Shown: positions 38,979 through 53,540, counted from the stretch's first letter. The stretch: DNA of 64,000 nucleotides from Vicugna vicugna (GCA_013265495.1 MU058844.1:9816184-9880183), one strand, 5' to 3'. The notes: generated by a model from the sequence alone, not told the origin. Program-made: numbers and translations.

Positions 38979-41014
38979 TTAAAGCATCTCTCAACTTTTC
39001 CCCTTGGTATCTCAGAAAATTTGTTTCAGCTGCATCTTGAGAAACTGAGGAAAAAACAGAAGTCTGATCCCATGATCAGTGTCTATATAGAAAACAAGCT
39101 CAGAAGAGTTAAGAAGGCCTCACATACAGAGTTCTGATGAAATCTATGCTCAATTCACCTTTGAGACAGAGAGTAAGAGGAGATTCAAAATGGACGAGAA
39201 AGCTTCTGACAGAGCTCTTCAGGAGATTCTGATCCTTAAAGGCGTGTACACAAAATGAGACCAAAATGTTACATCTCAGAATATCCACAGAAGAGTCACA
39301 CAAACCTACCAGAACAGCACTAAGGAAAGAAACACCCATAGGGACAGATATTTTAAAACAAAATATGAAGACTTCAAAATTTTCATTACCATTATTATTT
39401 TTATTTATACCGCCTAGGTACTAATACTGTGTATGATAAGCTTTCAATATCACATTTAAATCTTTCCATGATTAATCACAGGTTGGGCATAATATATGCT
39501 CTGACCAATGAGATACAAGACATGCAGAACAGTAAGTAACTCCTAATCGAGTTTCCAACACGCTACACTCTGCGCTACACATTTTCACTCATTTTATGTA
39601 TAACACCCATAACAAATCATAAGGAATACTATTATTATGATTTAAAAATTGGACAACTGAGAAACGAAGAATTTCGTTAACTTTGCCAAGGTCTCAAAGC
39701 TAATAGGTGAGCGGGGAAGCTAGGATTTAGACCCAGGAGCAGTAGCTTCAGAGCTCAAGTTTCAATCACCCTGATAACTGCACCCCTTGACCTTCACAAA
39801 GTGGCTTATAAATAGTAGATCAAAAGTCCTACTACATGAAATAGCATTTAAAAGAGAATTAAGGCATTAAATAGAATGATCTGTAATTTTTCCTTCAAGT
39901 CTAGGATTGTTAGTTGAAGTGACCTCCCATTTAATCTTGAGGGACTCCTACTAAATACGTCCTATGTCAAGGCAACATGTATTTATTGAGTGCCTATAGC
40001 ATCCTCATAGTTTGGAAACGGGCTAGGTATAAATTATAAATAAAATAAACATCCTCTAATAAGTCAGCATCATACTGGGTATCACAAGAGTCAAAAAAAT
40101 CAAATTTTTAGTACAGGCACTGGTCACAGGCCCTATAACTGGATAACTGGATTCAAACCCTAGCTTTGCTACATCAATTAAAAATGTAGGCGAAAACCTT
40201 TAGCCTCTCTGTACCACTCGGGCCTCATCAAGATGAGGACAATAATACTCCTACCTCTCACACTGTTGTAGAAATAAGTTAAATTAATATACGTGAAGTG
40301 CTGAGAGGAGTGGTGTGAGCCTAGCAGGAGCTCAGTAAACGTAACGGTGATTACCAGCTATTGTTACTTCTGCCGTCTTTCTCTAGTAAAATCATGACAT
40401 CCCCTCTTTTTCCCTTCTTAGCTTTAGCTCCCTCCTCATATCTACTCAGTGCTCTGCCCAGAATTGTTCTACTGCCACTGCTCTCTCCTCTGCAAAAAGT
40501 AGGGCAGTAATACCTTTCTGCTCCAGAGATGTCCACCAGGAAACCTAGGTTATCATTCTTTCCCATTTGCTCCCATCAGCTCACCTCCCAAATCACCGCT
40601 CTCCTCTCCCAGGGACTTCCATGACCCACCTATAATCTCTCAGTATCATCGCCTAAACCACACGACCCAACTAGAACATCAAGTTCCTACTATTTCATAA
40701 AGTGCTCTCTTCTGTCATTAAAATAACCACTGATATTCATTATCTTCGGTGAAACTTTCCTGATATTGGCATGACCTTGCTCATTTTTCCCTCCGACCAA
40801 ATTCTAAGTGAGCGAATCCTGTCCCTCATACTAACCACGCTGTCTCCTTGACGGGTGCATAAGCAAAACACTCTTATCGTATTTTTCCTCAACCTTTGCT
40901 CAGTGGGCTCTTTGATCTTTCCATCCAGCTACGTAAGATCAGTGCTTACCACAGACGCATTCTGATCTTGTCAACTTCTGAAAATTTCTGGACTTCTGGG
41001 GATTTTTAGAGAAA

Positions 41015-41166
41015 AATTTGATTGTCACAATTAAGAGGATCCTACTGGTATCTAGTGGGCAGAGGTCAGGGATGCTGCTAAACATCCTAAAATGTACAGA
41101 ACAGATTTCCACGAAAGAGAACCACCCAGCCCAAAATGTCAACAGCACTGACGTTAAGAAACCTTG
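41015..41166 (-). mobile_element. Partial MER20
   Basis: ctactggtatctagtgggcagaggtcagggatgctgctaaacatcctaaaatgtacag, the reverse of the 9105-9309 element. Confidence 0.7.
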
Positions 41167-42382
41167 ACGCAGACCAAATCCTCTCCTGCGGGTCCAGTTT
41201 TAATGCACTTAATTGTATGGTTTACTTATTGTAAAACCCTGGGGGGGGGAGACATTTAATACATCATTTAACAAATACGTTTTTTAAGAAATGGCAAAGA
41301 TGTATTATATACGTATATATAATACAAAAATAAACAAAGTGTAATAGAGTATTTAAGAGCCATGGCATAATAAATTTGTGTTGTTTTAAGCCACAAAGCT
41401 TGTGGCAGTTTGTTACAGCACCAATTAGAAACTAATGCAGTGTGCAACACCCACAAAACAAATGTTCGTAGCCTGAGTTATTTTATGTCTGCCTTGGGTT
41501 GTCTAATTCAGAGCCTTAAAGATCATTTAAGGGTAATCTCATTAGTTATTACTGCCATCTTCTTCTCTTCTGAAAAATTTTGAAGATTCATAGGTCTCGC
41601 AGCTTCACTTGGATGTAAAAATTATGCTTTCAATTATTCAGAATAGGATTTCATTCTTTTCTCATATAAAAACAACAGAATCTTCCCATGTTGAATTGAT
41701 TACTGTTCCACAAATACACCATATTCATTGACGTCTCCGTAATTTTGCATAGACTGTTCCCTCTCTCTGTGAGTCCTCCTTTCAACACACCCCATGTGCT
41801 CTCTAGTCTGATGAGGAAGCACCCTAACCTTTTGCAGACATTCCCAGCCTCAGAGAGCCTTCCCCATTTATTCTGCGGAGGTCATCACTCCCTTGTCTGT
41901 GCAACCACAGTAAGATTGAACATACTTCTGTTGCTTCACCTATTAATCTGACTTAGGCTGTATCTATTTCCATGCTTGCATCCTTTACTACTCTCCTCAC
42001 ATCCTAAATTATGCTTTTTCATGTGCATAGCACAGCTGTTCATCAAAACCAAGAGCAAGTTTTGAGGAGAATGGGTGATTCCCAAATTGACCATTTAATT
42101 CCACCAGCTGGACCACTAATTTGATAAGAAACTATGTATAGTATTAACTACATTTATTGAGCACTGACTATGTGCCAGATAATTTGTTATCCAATTTATA
42201 ACTTACATATAGTTTCTCAAAAATCCTCAGAATAACTCCAGTGAAAGTATTTTTTACCCTCTGAAATACTCTATAGACTGTACGTTTTCAAATTTCAAAA
42301 AAAGGGTATTGAAATTTTATCTCAAGCAGTACAACATGCAAATCAAATGTGAATTTTTTAATATCAAAAAGAATTTGTATAC

Positions 42383-42643
42383 CTGCAATGACTCTGATAA
42401 ACGTGCCAGATCCTTCAATATCACCTCTCACTCTGTGTACTGTGATGTTATACACTCCGCCAGGAGTGAGCTCTGTCACTGCGTGCTCAGTCATCAGCCC
42501 CCAAATAAGATACTCTTTTGCAAATGTTCTGTTTGATATACAAATCTTGTAATGAGTGAAGTTGGTCTCTGTTGGATTCCACATTAAATTTGCTGAAGAA
42601 GTATTCACAGCTTTCAAGGTTAAGCCACATATCCTAGATGGCT
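42383..42643 (-). CDS. PTPRQ: Upstream exon U9: whole FN3 (PSRICGLTLKAVNTSSANLMWNPTETNFTHYKIC...LTPGGVYNITVHRVRGDIEGSGTFIRVIA)
   Basis: caatag|AG ... GCA G|gtatac, 261 nt, phase 1 to 1; W...Y...L.PG..Y.I.V FN3 signature. Confidence 0.88.
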
Positions 42644-43659
42644 CTATTGAAAAGGTAAATATATGTAAATAAAAACTGCATACATGTACGTGAAAATAAA
42701 GCAGACGTGAATAATACAAACATCTATGTAACAATCTTTGAATGTATTCATACATAATGTCTTACATGGTCAGCTCTGCAGAGAGAGAAACAGGTTCTTA
42801 TTTATATGAGTTTTACTTGAAATGGCACATTACCATCCTCCCTAGTTCCCAAATATCTTTCCTTAATCAATCATAAGCCACTTGCAATAGTCATTCCTTT
42901 GGAATTGTGCCTCCTGAGTGCTCGTAACCAAAAGCACCCTTATAGGATACAATTACAGGTTAGTCACTACCTAGCAGAGTTACACGTTGGATGAAGATGA
43001 CACAGAGAGGGTGTGAGGGCCAGAAGTAAGGGCACTTTCAAGTGTGGTTCTTCTGGTTGCATCAAAGTTTTCTGCATTCTTGTATCACTGGATTTTTAAT
43101 CCACTCATCAGTGAAAGTAATGTAGTTTCTTATGCTGTCATGTGGTCTCCACTGAGACGGGATCCTGTAAACCGTATGAACTTTCACAAGAACTGCTGGT
43201 AACAAGTACTATTACTCTACCCCATTCAAAAACATTATGAAATTGATTTACAATGAATTTACAAACATCAGGGAAGGAAAAATAGAAATTCTCTACTTTT
43301 CTGCTTATCAAACCCCTATGCAATAGAAACTGAACTGTCTTTATATCATTATGGCATATTATATAACATGTATGGTGTATATATACATATATTCCATATA
43401 TTTGACATATATGATATATATACATACATACGTTCACTTCAGATTATTTTAAAAAATCTCTATGTAGTGCCAATACATTTAGACAAAGACTTTTTTAAGT
43501 TCACATAGTTCTTGGGACTTCTCACAAACATAATCTGCTGATCATCATTCCTTAATTATCAGGTTTTAAGTTTTAAAACAGCTTTAATTATGCTGGGCCA
43601 AAATACTGTCAATTCTTAGAAAACTATAAAGCAAAGGTTCTATTATGGTATTTTCTTAC

Positions 43660-43825
43660 TTGTAGCCACTTCTTCCATCACAGATACGCTGTAATCTTTG
43701 CCTCTAACTGTCTTCACCTGGAACAGGTAGTCCATCCCTGGAGTCAAATTCTGTACTTTGGCTTTGTTGCCATAAACAATCACTTTAAAAAGCTTTTCCT
43801 TTCTAGATGTCATGCAGTAGGATAT
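43660..43825 (-). CDS. PTPRQ: Upstream exon U8: C-terminal part of FN3 (ISYCMTSRKEKLFKVIVYGNKAKVQNLTPGMDYLFQVKTVRGKDYSVSVMEEVAT)
   Basis: ctctag|ATA ... ACA A|gtaaga, 166 nt, phase 0 to 1. Confidence 0.88.
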
Positions 43826-46656
43826 CTAGAGAAAGAGAGACAAATTTATGTTTTTCATGATTTAAAAAGATTTATTTGTCACGAACTCCATCCTAGTCAC
43901 ATTCACATCAATTAATACTGCAAGGTAAGGGCTGTAATCCTTTCTATCTTCACCAAGGAGTAATCTGAAGCTAGTTGAAGGCTGAATAACTTGGTGAAGT
44001 TCACACAGTCGTAAGTATAGTGGACTGACTTAGAAGTTTACTCATTAAAAGACCAACAGCTTCCAAGTATTTTTAAATTTCATATATATATGATTTGTGT
44101 ATATGCATATAATACTTACAAGTGGGATTTCACCTGTTGGCCACCTCAAAACAAAAACCGTTTTGTAAATGACACACATGCTCACTTTCCCAACTGCATG
44201 TAAGCAGAAGACTAGAGGAGGTAAGAGAAGGTGTCACTGAAGTCGCAGGTCCCTGACCTCTGGGAGAACGCCATAGCTTTTTCCTGGCTGCCTAAGGGGT
44301 GGGAAAGAGGGTGCTTCTGCCCACACTCCACATTCCAGCTAAATGAGGAGGATGCCTGCTGGAGTGAATGACACATTGCAGACTGAAGGTAACAGGCAAC
44401 CGACTTCCCGTTCATGAGTCTGCTTGATCAGAGAAGGAGCTGTGGAGCAATCTGGACACCCACCTTTGCTTGCCCTGACAGATGCCAGCGTCGTCCATGG
44501 GTCAAGTATGAACACAGAGAGTCATCAGGCTTGAACCATTTCACTAGCACCCCACCCGAGAAGGCTGGCTGCTCTGCAAACAGATACTAGCAGCAAAAAT
44601 ATAATGGGATATAACACCAGAAGGAAGAGCTGAGAGGAGCTGGAAAAGACTGAGCTAGAGCTAAGTCTGTCATGTCAAGGAAGTGGGTAGTGGGGATCAC
44701 CCCAGGCCCTTCCAGAGAACTCACACAGGTGCCTCAGGAGAGAGAGCCAGGGGTTGGAAGACTGTTAAAGAGATGTCACTGGAAGCCAGTCAGTATTAGT
44801 CAGGGGAGTAGGAAAAACCAGCAAGAGAGAAAACAACAAAAATCAAGACCTAGAATAGAGAAGGCACTCCCAATTTTTTGTTGAATGAATGAACGATAAA
44901 TGTCATGTCACATTCCATGCCAGCTCATCTCTCATTATAACCATCTTTTATTGTAACCAATTATTCATTAAAGCTTTGAGAACTGGCACTGACTTTAGAA
45001 ATTTTCAGTGGATTGATCTGACAGTTCCAATACCTTGGGGATTTTTTAACTCATCCAAAGCTACTTATAACAGTCTTTACTCTTCTTTACTCCACGTTTC
45101 ATGTTATAAAAGAAACAGATACATCTAAATGGAAGTAGTCATTAACTTTATAAGTAATTTCAATGTTATGATGCTTTTAAAAAACAACTGTTATGTGGTA
45201 GGAGTCAGAGAAACAAATTTCCTGGGCAGACATGTTTATCACTGTCTTGGGGGAAGAGTGTTTTGTTACTGAAGGAAGATAATCATGAGGTCTAGAAGCA
45301 TATCATTGCTTATTGATTTATAAGGTGTCACTGGCAATTACTTTGCTTGTCTGGCATATAGGAAGATAAGAAGAGTGAACAGACTGCTGAGACCTTCTGG
45401 TATGAAAAAGGATGGTAGGAGAAAGTACCACATAGCAGAGGAAGAATATGATCTTAACGGGATGCTCAATTCAGACATACGAAGAATCATATTAGAGCAT
45501 TAAGGAAACATTAAAAGAAAAAGAAATTGACTGAGGAGACCTCATGACAAAACTATGTAAATTTTTTAAATGAATTTGTAAAATAGAGGTTGGTTGGTTT
45601 GTTTCCCCAAACATGTGGACTACATATGTCTAGTAGAAACCACGTTAAGAAAACATAATTTGTGCTTCATTTCTATGTTTAAAGCATATTTTGAAGACCT
45701 GGGATGATTAATTTTAAATGATTAGGAAAATGATCTCAGTTATGCAAGTACACTTTGCTAAGCAACCAGGATACTGTTGCTCAATTCATTAAAATTTAAC
45801 AAATAATCTCACTAGTTGAGAAAGACTAGAATAACCATTAGTGATATAATATAGTTAATAAAATAACTGAATCTTAACACAATTTCTTAAAATAAATTTC
45901 CCTTAATAATACATAATTTACAGTCTCTGAAAAAAATAGTAAAAAGCAATTCTAGGGATATATATTTTATCTGACAACAATTTTATTCCCTCAGTTAACC
46001 CCAAGGAAAGCTCATTCTTTCAGGAATTTGCCTTGAAATATGAGAATTAGGACAAAGAGCTTAGGGTAAAAAATGTGAATCTTTTACAATTAATATTATA
46101 AATGCTTAGAATTTCTTCTAAGGACAACCTACACTCAATACAGGAATGAATTAAATCATTCTAGAAAGGATAGAGTTTTTCATGAATGATTTATTAATCA
46201 GGATACCCCTATCATTGAATGACACTTACAAATGACAAACAGAATGCTCCCTCCTGACTTTGTGAACTTGCTTGTACAGAGTATCCTCTCCTCTTTTCCA
46301 TGAGTCTGAATCCTACCTGTTCCTGAAACTTCATCTCAAGTTCCACCCTTTCCTGGTAACTATATTCAGTATTGACCTCCTCCTGCCATAATCACTCCGA
46401 TCATATATGGGAACACTACTATGTAAATTTCTACTTATTCATCAAATATTTATCGATCACCTATTGCAGGGGAAGCATTCTTAGGTACTAGGTATTTTGT
46501 GGTAAACAAGACAGAAAAGGCTTCTGATTGTGGGGAAGTCACATCCTAATGGTGACACCTAACAACCAGACAACTCAAAAAATGAATGAATTCAGCTATA
46601 TCTCAGAGTGAACACAAACAGTGGTTTTATTTAGATTAGATAATCAAGGAAGGAGA

Positions 46657-47101
46657 TGAGAATACAAAACAAACAATGTGGCTTACCACCTAGTTCTATC
46701 AGGATTAAGTCATTAGCCACTGCAGTCCCTGAGCAGCAGTGCATCCTGAGAGGAATTCAGGATGCCCAACAGAATGAGGGACTCTGTTTCGGAAGAACAG
46801 GCCCTTAGAAAGTTAGATGTATGACTCAGGAAGAATTTTAATGAACCCAGAGTCTTGCATTTTCCCGTACATAGAAAAGCACCGAAATCATTAACTGATA
46901 TATCTGTGTCTTGTGACTAACAATTACCTTTTACTGAGATGTGATGCTTGACTGCATGTATTTCCTACCCCAAAATCGTATATGCATTGGCTTCTCCCCT
47001 ACCTCTGCAGGAAGTTCCCTCAGAGCTACTGAGAGGCTGTTTCCTAGCCTGAATAAACTGGAACTCAAAGCTCTTACACTACACTTTTCTTTTAGTCTAC
47101 A
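46657..47101 (+). mobile_element. ERV-type solo LTR (approximate boundaries)
   Basis: Ends in CA after an AATAAA signal; a diverged related copy at about 62050-62265 shares agttctat.aggattaagtcattagccac. Confidence 0.6.
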
Positions 47102-47317
47102 AGATGAAACTGTAACTGAGAACCCAAGGATAGGAAAAAGCCTACCAAAACTGGAGGTAAAATATTCAGGCAAAATGAATGTCAAGCACAAAAACCTTGC
47201 AATAGGGATGTGCCTGGCCCACTAGAGGAACAGCAAGAGACCCCAACAGGGTTGCAACATAGTTACACAGCAGGCAGTATAATTAGGTGAGCTTTTGGAG
47301 ACCATGGCGAGGAGTTT

Positions 47318-48165
47318 AATGGACAAGTTTCTAGAAACATACAGCCCACCAAGACTGAATCGGTAAGAAATAGACCACTTGAACAGACCAATCACTAGAA
47401 ATAAAATAGAATTAACAGAAAAAAAAACTCCCTACAAACAAAAGTCTGGGACCAGATGGCTTCACTGGGGAATTCTACCAAACATACAAAGAACTCCTAC
47501 CAGTCCTTTTCAAACTCTTCCAAAAGACTGAAAAGGAGGGAACACTCCCAAACTCATTCTATGAAACCACCATCACCCTGATACCAAAACCAGACAAAGA
47601 CACTATACCAAAAAAGAAAACTTCAGGCCAATGTCACTGATGAACATAGATGCAAAAATCCTCAACAAAATATTAGCAAACAGAATCCAACAGCACATAA
47701 AAAAGATCACACACTATGATCAAGTTGGATTCATCCCAGGGACACAAGGATGGTTGAACATACGCAAATCAATGTGATACAGGACGTCAACAAGAGAAAG
47801 GACAAAAATCATATGATCATCTCAATAAATGCAGAAAAAGCATTTGATAAAATTCAACACCCAAATGGGTACAGAGGGAACATATCTCAACATAATAAAA
47901 GCTATTTAAGACAAACCTATAGCCAACGTAATACTCAACATTAAAAAACTGATAGCCTTCCTGTGAAAATCTGGAACAAGACAAGGATGCCCACTCTCAC
48001 CACGTCTATTCAACATTGTCTTAGAAGTCCTAGTCACAATTAGGCAAGAAAAAGAAAGAAAGGGATCCAAATTGGAAGAGAAGAAGTAAAATTGTCATTA
48101 TATGTGGATGACATGATACTGTATATAGAAAACCCTAAAAGCGCCACACAAAACTAGAGCTAATA
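47318..48165 (+). mobile_element. Degenerate LINE-1 ORF2 (RT) fragment with frameshifts and a deletion
   Basis: Collinear with the 2135-3095 fragment (gatgaacatagatgcaaaaatcctcaacaaaatattagcaaa; ggaacaagacaaggatgcccactctcacca). Confidence 0.93.
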
Positions 48166-48700
48166 AGCCAGTTGGAAGGAGAGTTTTAAAAAAGTGGACC
48201 CATCAGTACTTCTATGCCTAGAGAGCGCTCCACCAGCTCCCTGCCCCCCAGCTGCTTGTCAAGCTGCCGCCCATGCACTGGGACTCAGAGTGCGTAGCGT
48301 GTGAACATGCCCTTCAAGAGCAAAGTCTCAGTATCGCACAGCTCTCTGGCTCTCCCAGACAGAAGCCCTGCTGTTCTTCACAACCAGGTGTTACAATGGC
48401 TCTTCTTCCCAGTGCAGGTTCCCTCAGGCTCGGACCCTCCATCCTGGGGGGCCCTCTGTGGTTGTGATAGCCCTCCCACGGGAGGGTCACCACAGTGGGG
48501 GTGTGGGTTCTCAGTAGACTGCATCTCTGTCCCTCTTACCCAATTCAACGTGGCCTTGTCTTTATATCCTCGGTTATAGAAAATCTGTCCTGCTAGTCTT
48601 GGGGTCACTCCAGAGACAGTTATTCTATATGTAGTACTAGTTTTTGTGTGTCTATGGGAGGAGGTGAGCTCAGGATCTCCCTAGTCTCCCACCTGGATCG
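48166..48700 (-). mobile_element. Probable LINE-1 5'UTR fragment in the opposite orientation
   Basis: GC-richer segment whose reverse complement starts ...GATCCTGAGCTCACCTCCTCCCATAGACACACAAAAACTAGTACTACATATAGAATAACTGTCTCTGG, resembling laurasiatherian L1 5' ends as I recall them. Confidence 0.6.
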
Positions 48701-50249
48701 AGACTTTCTATAGTCTCCCTACTTTAAAACCTGCTAATTAGCAAACCTAATTCTGTTTGCTATCCCAGTTCCTCTTTGCTGGAGAATAGAACATATTTCA
48801 AGTTCTGTGAATTAGGTTGTGGATCTTTGAAAGGCCATTATTCTGTCCACTATGTCCCCCTTTGTCTTCAGTACCAGGTACTATAAATAAATGTGGATTC
48901 TTTTTATGTCCATCACATAATGACTATTATCTTGTTTCTCTCATGAACCATAATTATTAAGAAATTCATACTTGAATATAACCTGCAGATGTACTAACTA
49001 GTTCATTTCACATGTCTGGTAATTTTATTGCCCTGGCTCCTTTTTAGGCTGTATGAATTCTATAAATTATTAAATTTTATATTACTTTTTGTTTACAAGA
49101 AACATCTTCTGTTGTAGCTGCTCAAATTCTCAGGATTCTATAAATGCCATCCCCCACGGACCTGTGGCCACCACTTTCACATGACATGGGACCTACAACC
49201 ACAGTTAATGAGAACGTGACTGAGTGTCTACAATTCCGAATAATCACAGTCCTTTCCTTGGGAATTTAGGGAGCATCTGTCTCTCTCTGTAACTGATAAC
49301 GTACCATATGTGCTTGGAAGTTATGCATGGCATTCTTCCACTTACCACATGGATTGCTTAGCAGAGAAAACGGGGCATCAGGAAAAATAAATAAATAAGA
49401 AAAAATAAACTAAGGCTGATGAGCAGAAAGAAGCAGACAGACAGACAGAAACTGACCCCTGAAGCCTCAGTGGCTTTACACATCTGATCCCAGTTCTTCC
49501 CAACACCCATATATGCTTTACCTCTGTCTCCATGAGGTACTCTGTTATTAATATGACCACTTTTTTCTTTATTTCTGAAACCATTTCAAGTTTTCTATTA
49601 CTTACAATTAAAATTCCTATGTCCTACCATTATGAAATTATAGAAAACTTGTTTGCCCCTACAGAATGCAAAGCACGAGTGCTAACCCCAGAAGCTTCCT
49701 CTCTGCAAACTGTCCTACAGGATCTAGATTGTTTATAATATGTCCTCACGTGATGCCACGCTGTATTATTCACAACAAAGCAGCAATGAAAATGACACAG
49801 TTGAAAAGTGGCTCCTCTACATCTTCCTCTCCTGCCCTCTGGGCTGCAATTCTCCACTCTTATTAAACCTGTAGGCTGGAGCTGACGCATCACCTGTGGC
49901 AGGCAATCTGGCTTCTGGAATCTGTTGCAGTCAGTGCTGTCACAGAAGCATTATCCTCCAGCGCCATCATCCCTTTATTCACCTTTTTGCACTATACATG
50001 CCCCTGTCTATCGCCACTGAAAATCTTAAAACCCATTTAAAGTCAAGTACCAGCTTTTACTCAAAGTTGAACACCTCCCATGCAACTTTGTACTTTTAAA
50101 GCAATAAATAAGAAAATTACATTGGAGGAAAAATCTTACATTAAAGGAGTGGTACATTAATTTCTGAACCTCTTAATGTAAAATGAAGGACAAAAAGGAG
50201 TGAAATAAAGGCCTCAAACAACACCCAGGTTGCATGACAACAGCTTTAC

Positions 50250-50347
50250 CTGAAACTTTTCAAAGCCTCCTTGTGGGAGTTTCCAAGACAAATATATTGT
50301 GCTTTCTTCCTGTCCCAAAACCAGCAAATCTGATGGTGGGTCTGGAT
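50250..50347 (-). CDS. PTPRQ: Upstream exon U7: N-terminal part of FN3 (PDPPSDLLVLGQEESTIYLSWKLPQGGFEKFQ)
   Basis: ccctag|AT ... CAG|gtaaag, 98 nt, phase 1 to 0. Confidence 0.88.
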
Positions 50348-51849
50348 CTAGGGCAATGAAATAAGACATGGGAATGATATTGCTGGAAAAAACCCAAAAC
50401 ATTTCTATCATCACATTTATCTATACTGGACTGTAACCTTGATGGTCACGCTGTGGAAGAGAAGGGACATGTAGGTTTTTCTAGTCAGTTTTAGCTCTGT
50501 GTGGTCCTGTGCAAGCTATTTACCCTGCATCTCAGTCTCCTCATCTCTACAATGGAGGGGGGGGGGAGAATGTTCTAGAAAGCCTTTTTCCACAGTAAAA
50601 TTATAGAAAGTATGAATTTTCATATTTATTTTTCTCATAGCAGAATTAAGTATGAAGTTACAAGTAAAATTTTAACTTACAATCTTATGCTAGATATATC
50701 TTAAGAGATATATCTACCCTTTTCCTTAAATTCCCAAACTCCTTTTCCCTTTAAACATTTTATCTGAGAAGGTTCTAGAAACTTATTTTTCAAATCAGTA
50801 GCATGTATCTAATTCTAATTTATATTTCAAATTGAAATCTTACATTGCTTTCCTTAGTTGGAAGAAATGTAATATTAAAATTTTATTGGAATATTTCTAA
50901 AATTCAAATTTTGCATGAGATATTTTTGTCCTTATTTATATATCAAGTTTATTCGATTCAACCCAGTTGTAGATTTAAACCTGTGTCACTGATCCACAAT
51001 CCTTTTTATTCTATTTTTCTGTGATGTATATTTGCTTTCAACTGGAATTCATTTATTATTCCCACATATTCCCAGAATATATTTTAGCTTTCTTTTATAT
51101 ATTTATTAATATTCCATCTACTTCCAAATAAATTTGAGGTGGCTTGCAATGAAAAAGAGGTACAAAAAGACCAAAAATCATTAATATGTGGCAGACAACA
51201 AAAGTCAGATTGTAAAGTGGGATGGGTGGAGAAAAAGTCACATTTGGAAAACAGTCAAAACAATAACCTCTCAAAATATAGACAGCATTATTAAACCCAG
51301 ATAGAAATAAGCTTGAGGTCCAAATAGAATAATGATTTGTACAAAGTCACAGAGACAAGAACTAGTAGAGCCAGTCCTTCCTGTAGCGTAGTGGCCTTTC
51401 ATTAAAGCAGGTGGTTACAATGACAGAATTTGTTATCAGGGAAATAGAGGTTCATCTCTGTCATCTTGTACAAGCTACTGAAATTGTCAAAGCTTCAGTT
51501 TCCTCATTTGTTAAAAAATGCATCTCATTATGATGGACAGAATAAAGGTTGTCATTGAGAATGAAGTGACATAAAGCATAAAAAATGCTTAGCACAGTGC
51601 CTGACCGAAAAACAAGCACTCAGTGTGATGATGATGACAACAGTAATGACAGTGGGGACAATGATAATAACACCCCTAAATCTAAGCAGCCATCTGAGAT
51701 GCTTTCACTGATACAAAACAATGAACTATCATTTAAAAAATGAGGTCATTTCTCATCTCTTGTCAGTGTTTCTTCAAATGATCTTTATGAGCGGCAGCAG
51801 AGTCTCTATCAGCTTTAGAGTTAAATACCTGAGTTAAATCTCACCTTCA

Positions 51850-52016
51850 CACTGTATAGCACAGGGAAATACACACAAAATGTTATGATAAATCACAGAG
51901 AACAAAAAATGTGACAATGAGTGTGTATATGTCCATGAATGAGTGAAAAATTGTGAACACTGGAATTTGACACAACACTGTAAAATGATTATGAATCAAT
52001 AAAAAATGTAAAAAAA
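51850..52016 (+). mobile_element. Short 5'-truncated LINE-1 3'UTR insertion with 14-bp TSD
   Basis: ctgtatagcacaggga...cacaacactgtaaaatgattat...A-tail; TSD aaatctcaccttca at 51836-51849 and 52017-52030. Confidence 0.85.
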
Positions 52017-52827
52017 AAATCTCACCTTCAGTAATGAGTTATGAACACCTCTGAGACTTAACCTACATTTTAAGTAACCCAGGGAGATTCAACATGATAC
52101 CTTAAGCACATAGCACCAGGCGGGTGTATAAGTGCTCAAAGTTTTAGTTTATTTTCCAGGAATTGATTTGACTGTGGCTGCATTTTTCAGTGCTTTCTCC
52201 TCCTCCACCCTGCAAATCCTGAGATTAATCCTCCTCTCACGCTGACAGGGCACTGGTACTTGAGTGCACGTTCATGTGACTGTGACCCGGTAGTGACAGG
52301 ACTCTCTGGAATGTCTGCATGTGCTCAGGGCAGGCGTACATGTAAGGGATGCTGACGAGGCCAGAAGACGCAAACTGAACCCAAGTGATGCAATTGAAAA
52401 GACAGTGCCATCTATTTTTTTCATACTCCAAAGTTTTGTTTTTCATATGTTAACAGATATAGTCAAAATATTAGAAAAATATTGAGTATTTCATGATGAC
52501 AATACCTTAGGGTTTTAGAGTACTTTGCACTTTCACAAAGAGCTTTGCATGTGATTTTAGTAACAAGACTTTACACCTGGGGAGGAATAATTATTCTCAC
52601 TTTTTAAGTGAGAACTTTATGGTTTTGCCCAAGGTCACCTAACTAATAAATGATAGAGAAAGGACTGTAACTCAGGCATTCTGCATGGAAATGAAGTGCT
52701 CTGCCTCTTTAAGCATGTCAGAAACCACTTCCTTATGAATCCATTATTAATTGGATATTGCCTTTAAACCCAACTATTTCCCTTAGTTTTACCCATGAAA
52801 AGTTAATTAAATATAAAATGAACTTAC

Positions 52828-52934
52828 AAGTGCTAACCACGAGGACAGTAGGCTGGCTTCTCTTTAGTCCCTTGGTAGTTATAACGCTAATTAAAAAGTC
52901 AGTCCCCGGAGAAAGGTTGTTAAACGCAAATGTC
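52828..52934 (-). CDS. PTPRQ: Upstream exon U6: C-terminal part of FN3 (TFAFNNLSPGTDFLISVITTKGLKRSQPTVLVVST)
   Basis: gtgtag|G ... ACT T|gtaagt, 107 nt, phase 2 to 1. Confidence 0.87.
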
Positions 52935-53389
52935 CTACACATTAAAGAAAAGTCACATATTAAAATTTTTAGCTCAGGAACATTTGGAAAACACCATATT
53001 CTCACACTACCTGAAGAAAGAATTTTATCTATAAGTTTTGGTGTCTTATTGTCTATTATGGAAACAATTTGCTATGCTTAAACATGAACAGCTATTTCGA
53101 AATCAGAACTTCTTACATGGAGAAATTTAAGTCAAAAAAGTGCGCAGATCAGAAATACAAGCATCACACTATCCTGAATTAATTCATTACTATCTATTTG
53201 CATAAATGGTATGGTACTGTATGTTAGATTTAGTTACTCTAATTACATTGCAGTCCAAAAACTGTCTCGCAAAGTTTTCTAATTTCTCTTTACATTAAAC
53301 CACTAACATAGCTTTCTAAAAACACATATAAAATGTTAATCTTTGTGTTCCATGTAACTTGACATCATTTCTTTTCAGTATTCTCATAC

Positions 53390-53540
53390 CTTTTTGTGGA
53401 AGGCAGGATTTCTTCTTTCACAAAGCTGTTGCTGGATATTGAAATAATGTATCCATCCAGATGACTTCTGGCTAAAGGCCAGTTAACAGTTACTGCGTTT
53501 GAGTTTCTACTATGGTTCATGAATTCAATGGCACTTGGGG
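53390..53540 (-). CDS. PTPRQ: Upstream exon U5: N-terminal part of FN3 (PSAIEFMNHSRNSNAVTVNWPLARSHLDGYIISISSNSFVKEEILPSTK)
   Basis: atgtag|CC ... AAA AG|gtatga, 151 nt, phase 1 to 2, matching the phase-2 start of U6. Confidence 0.87.
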
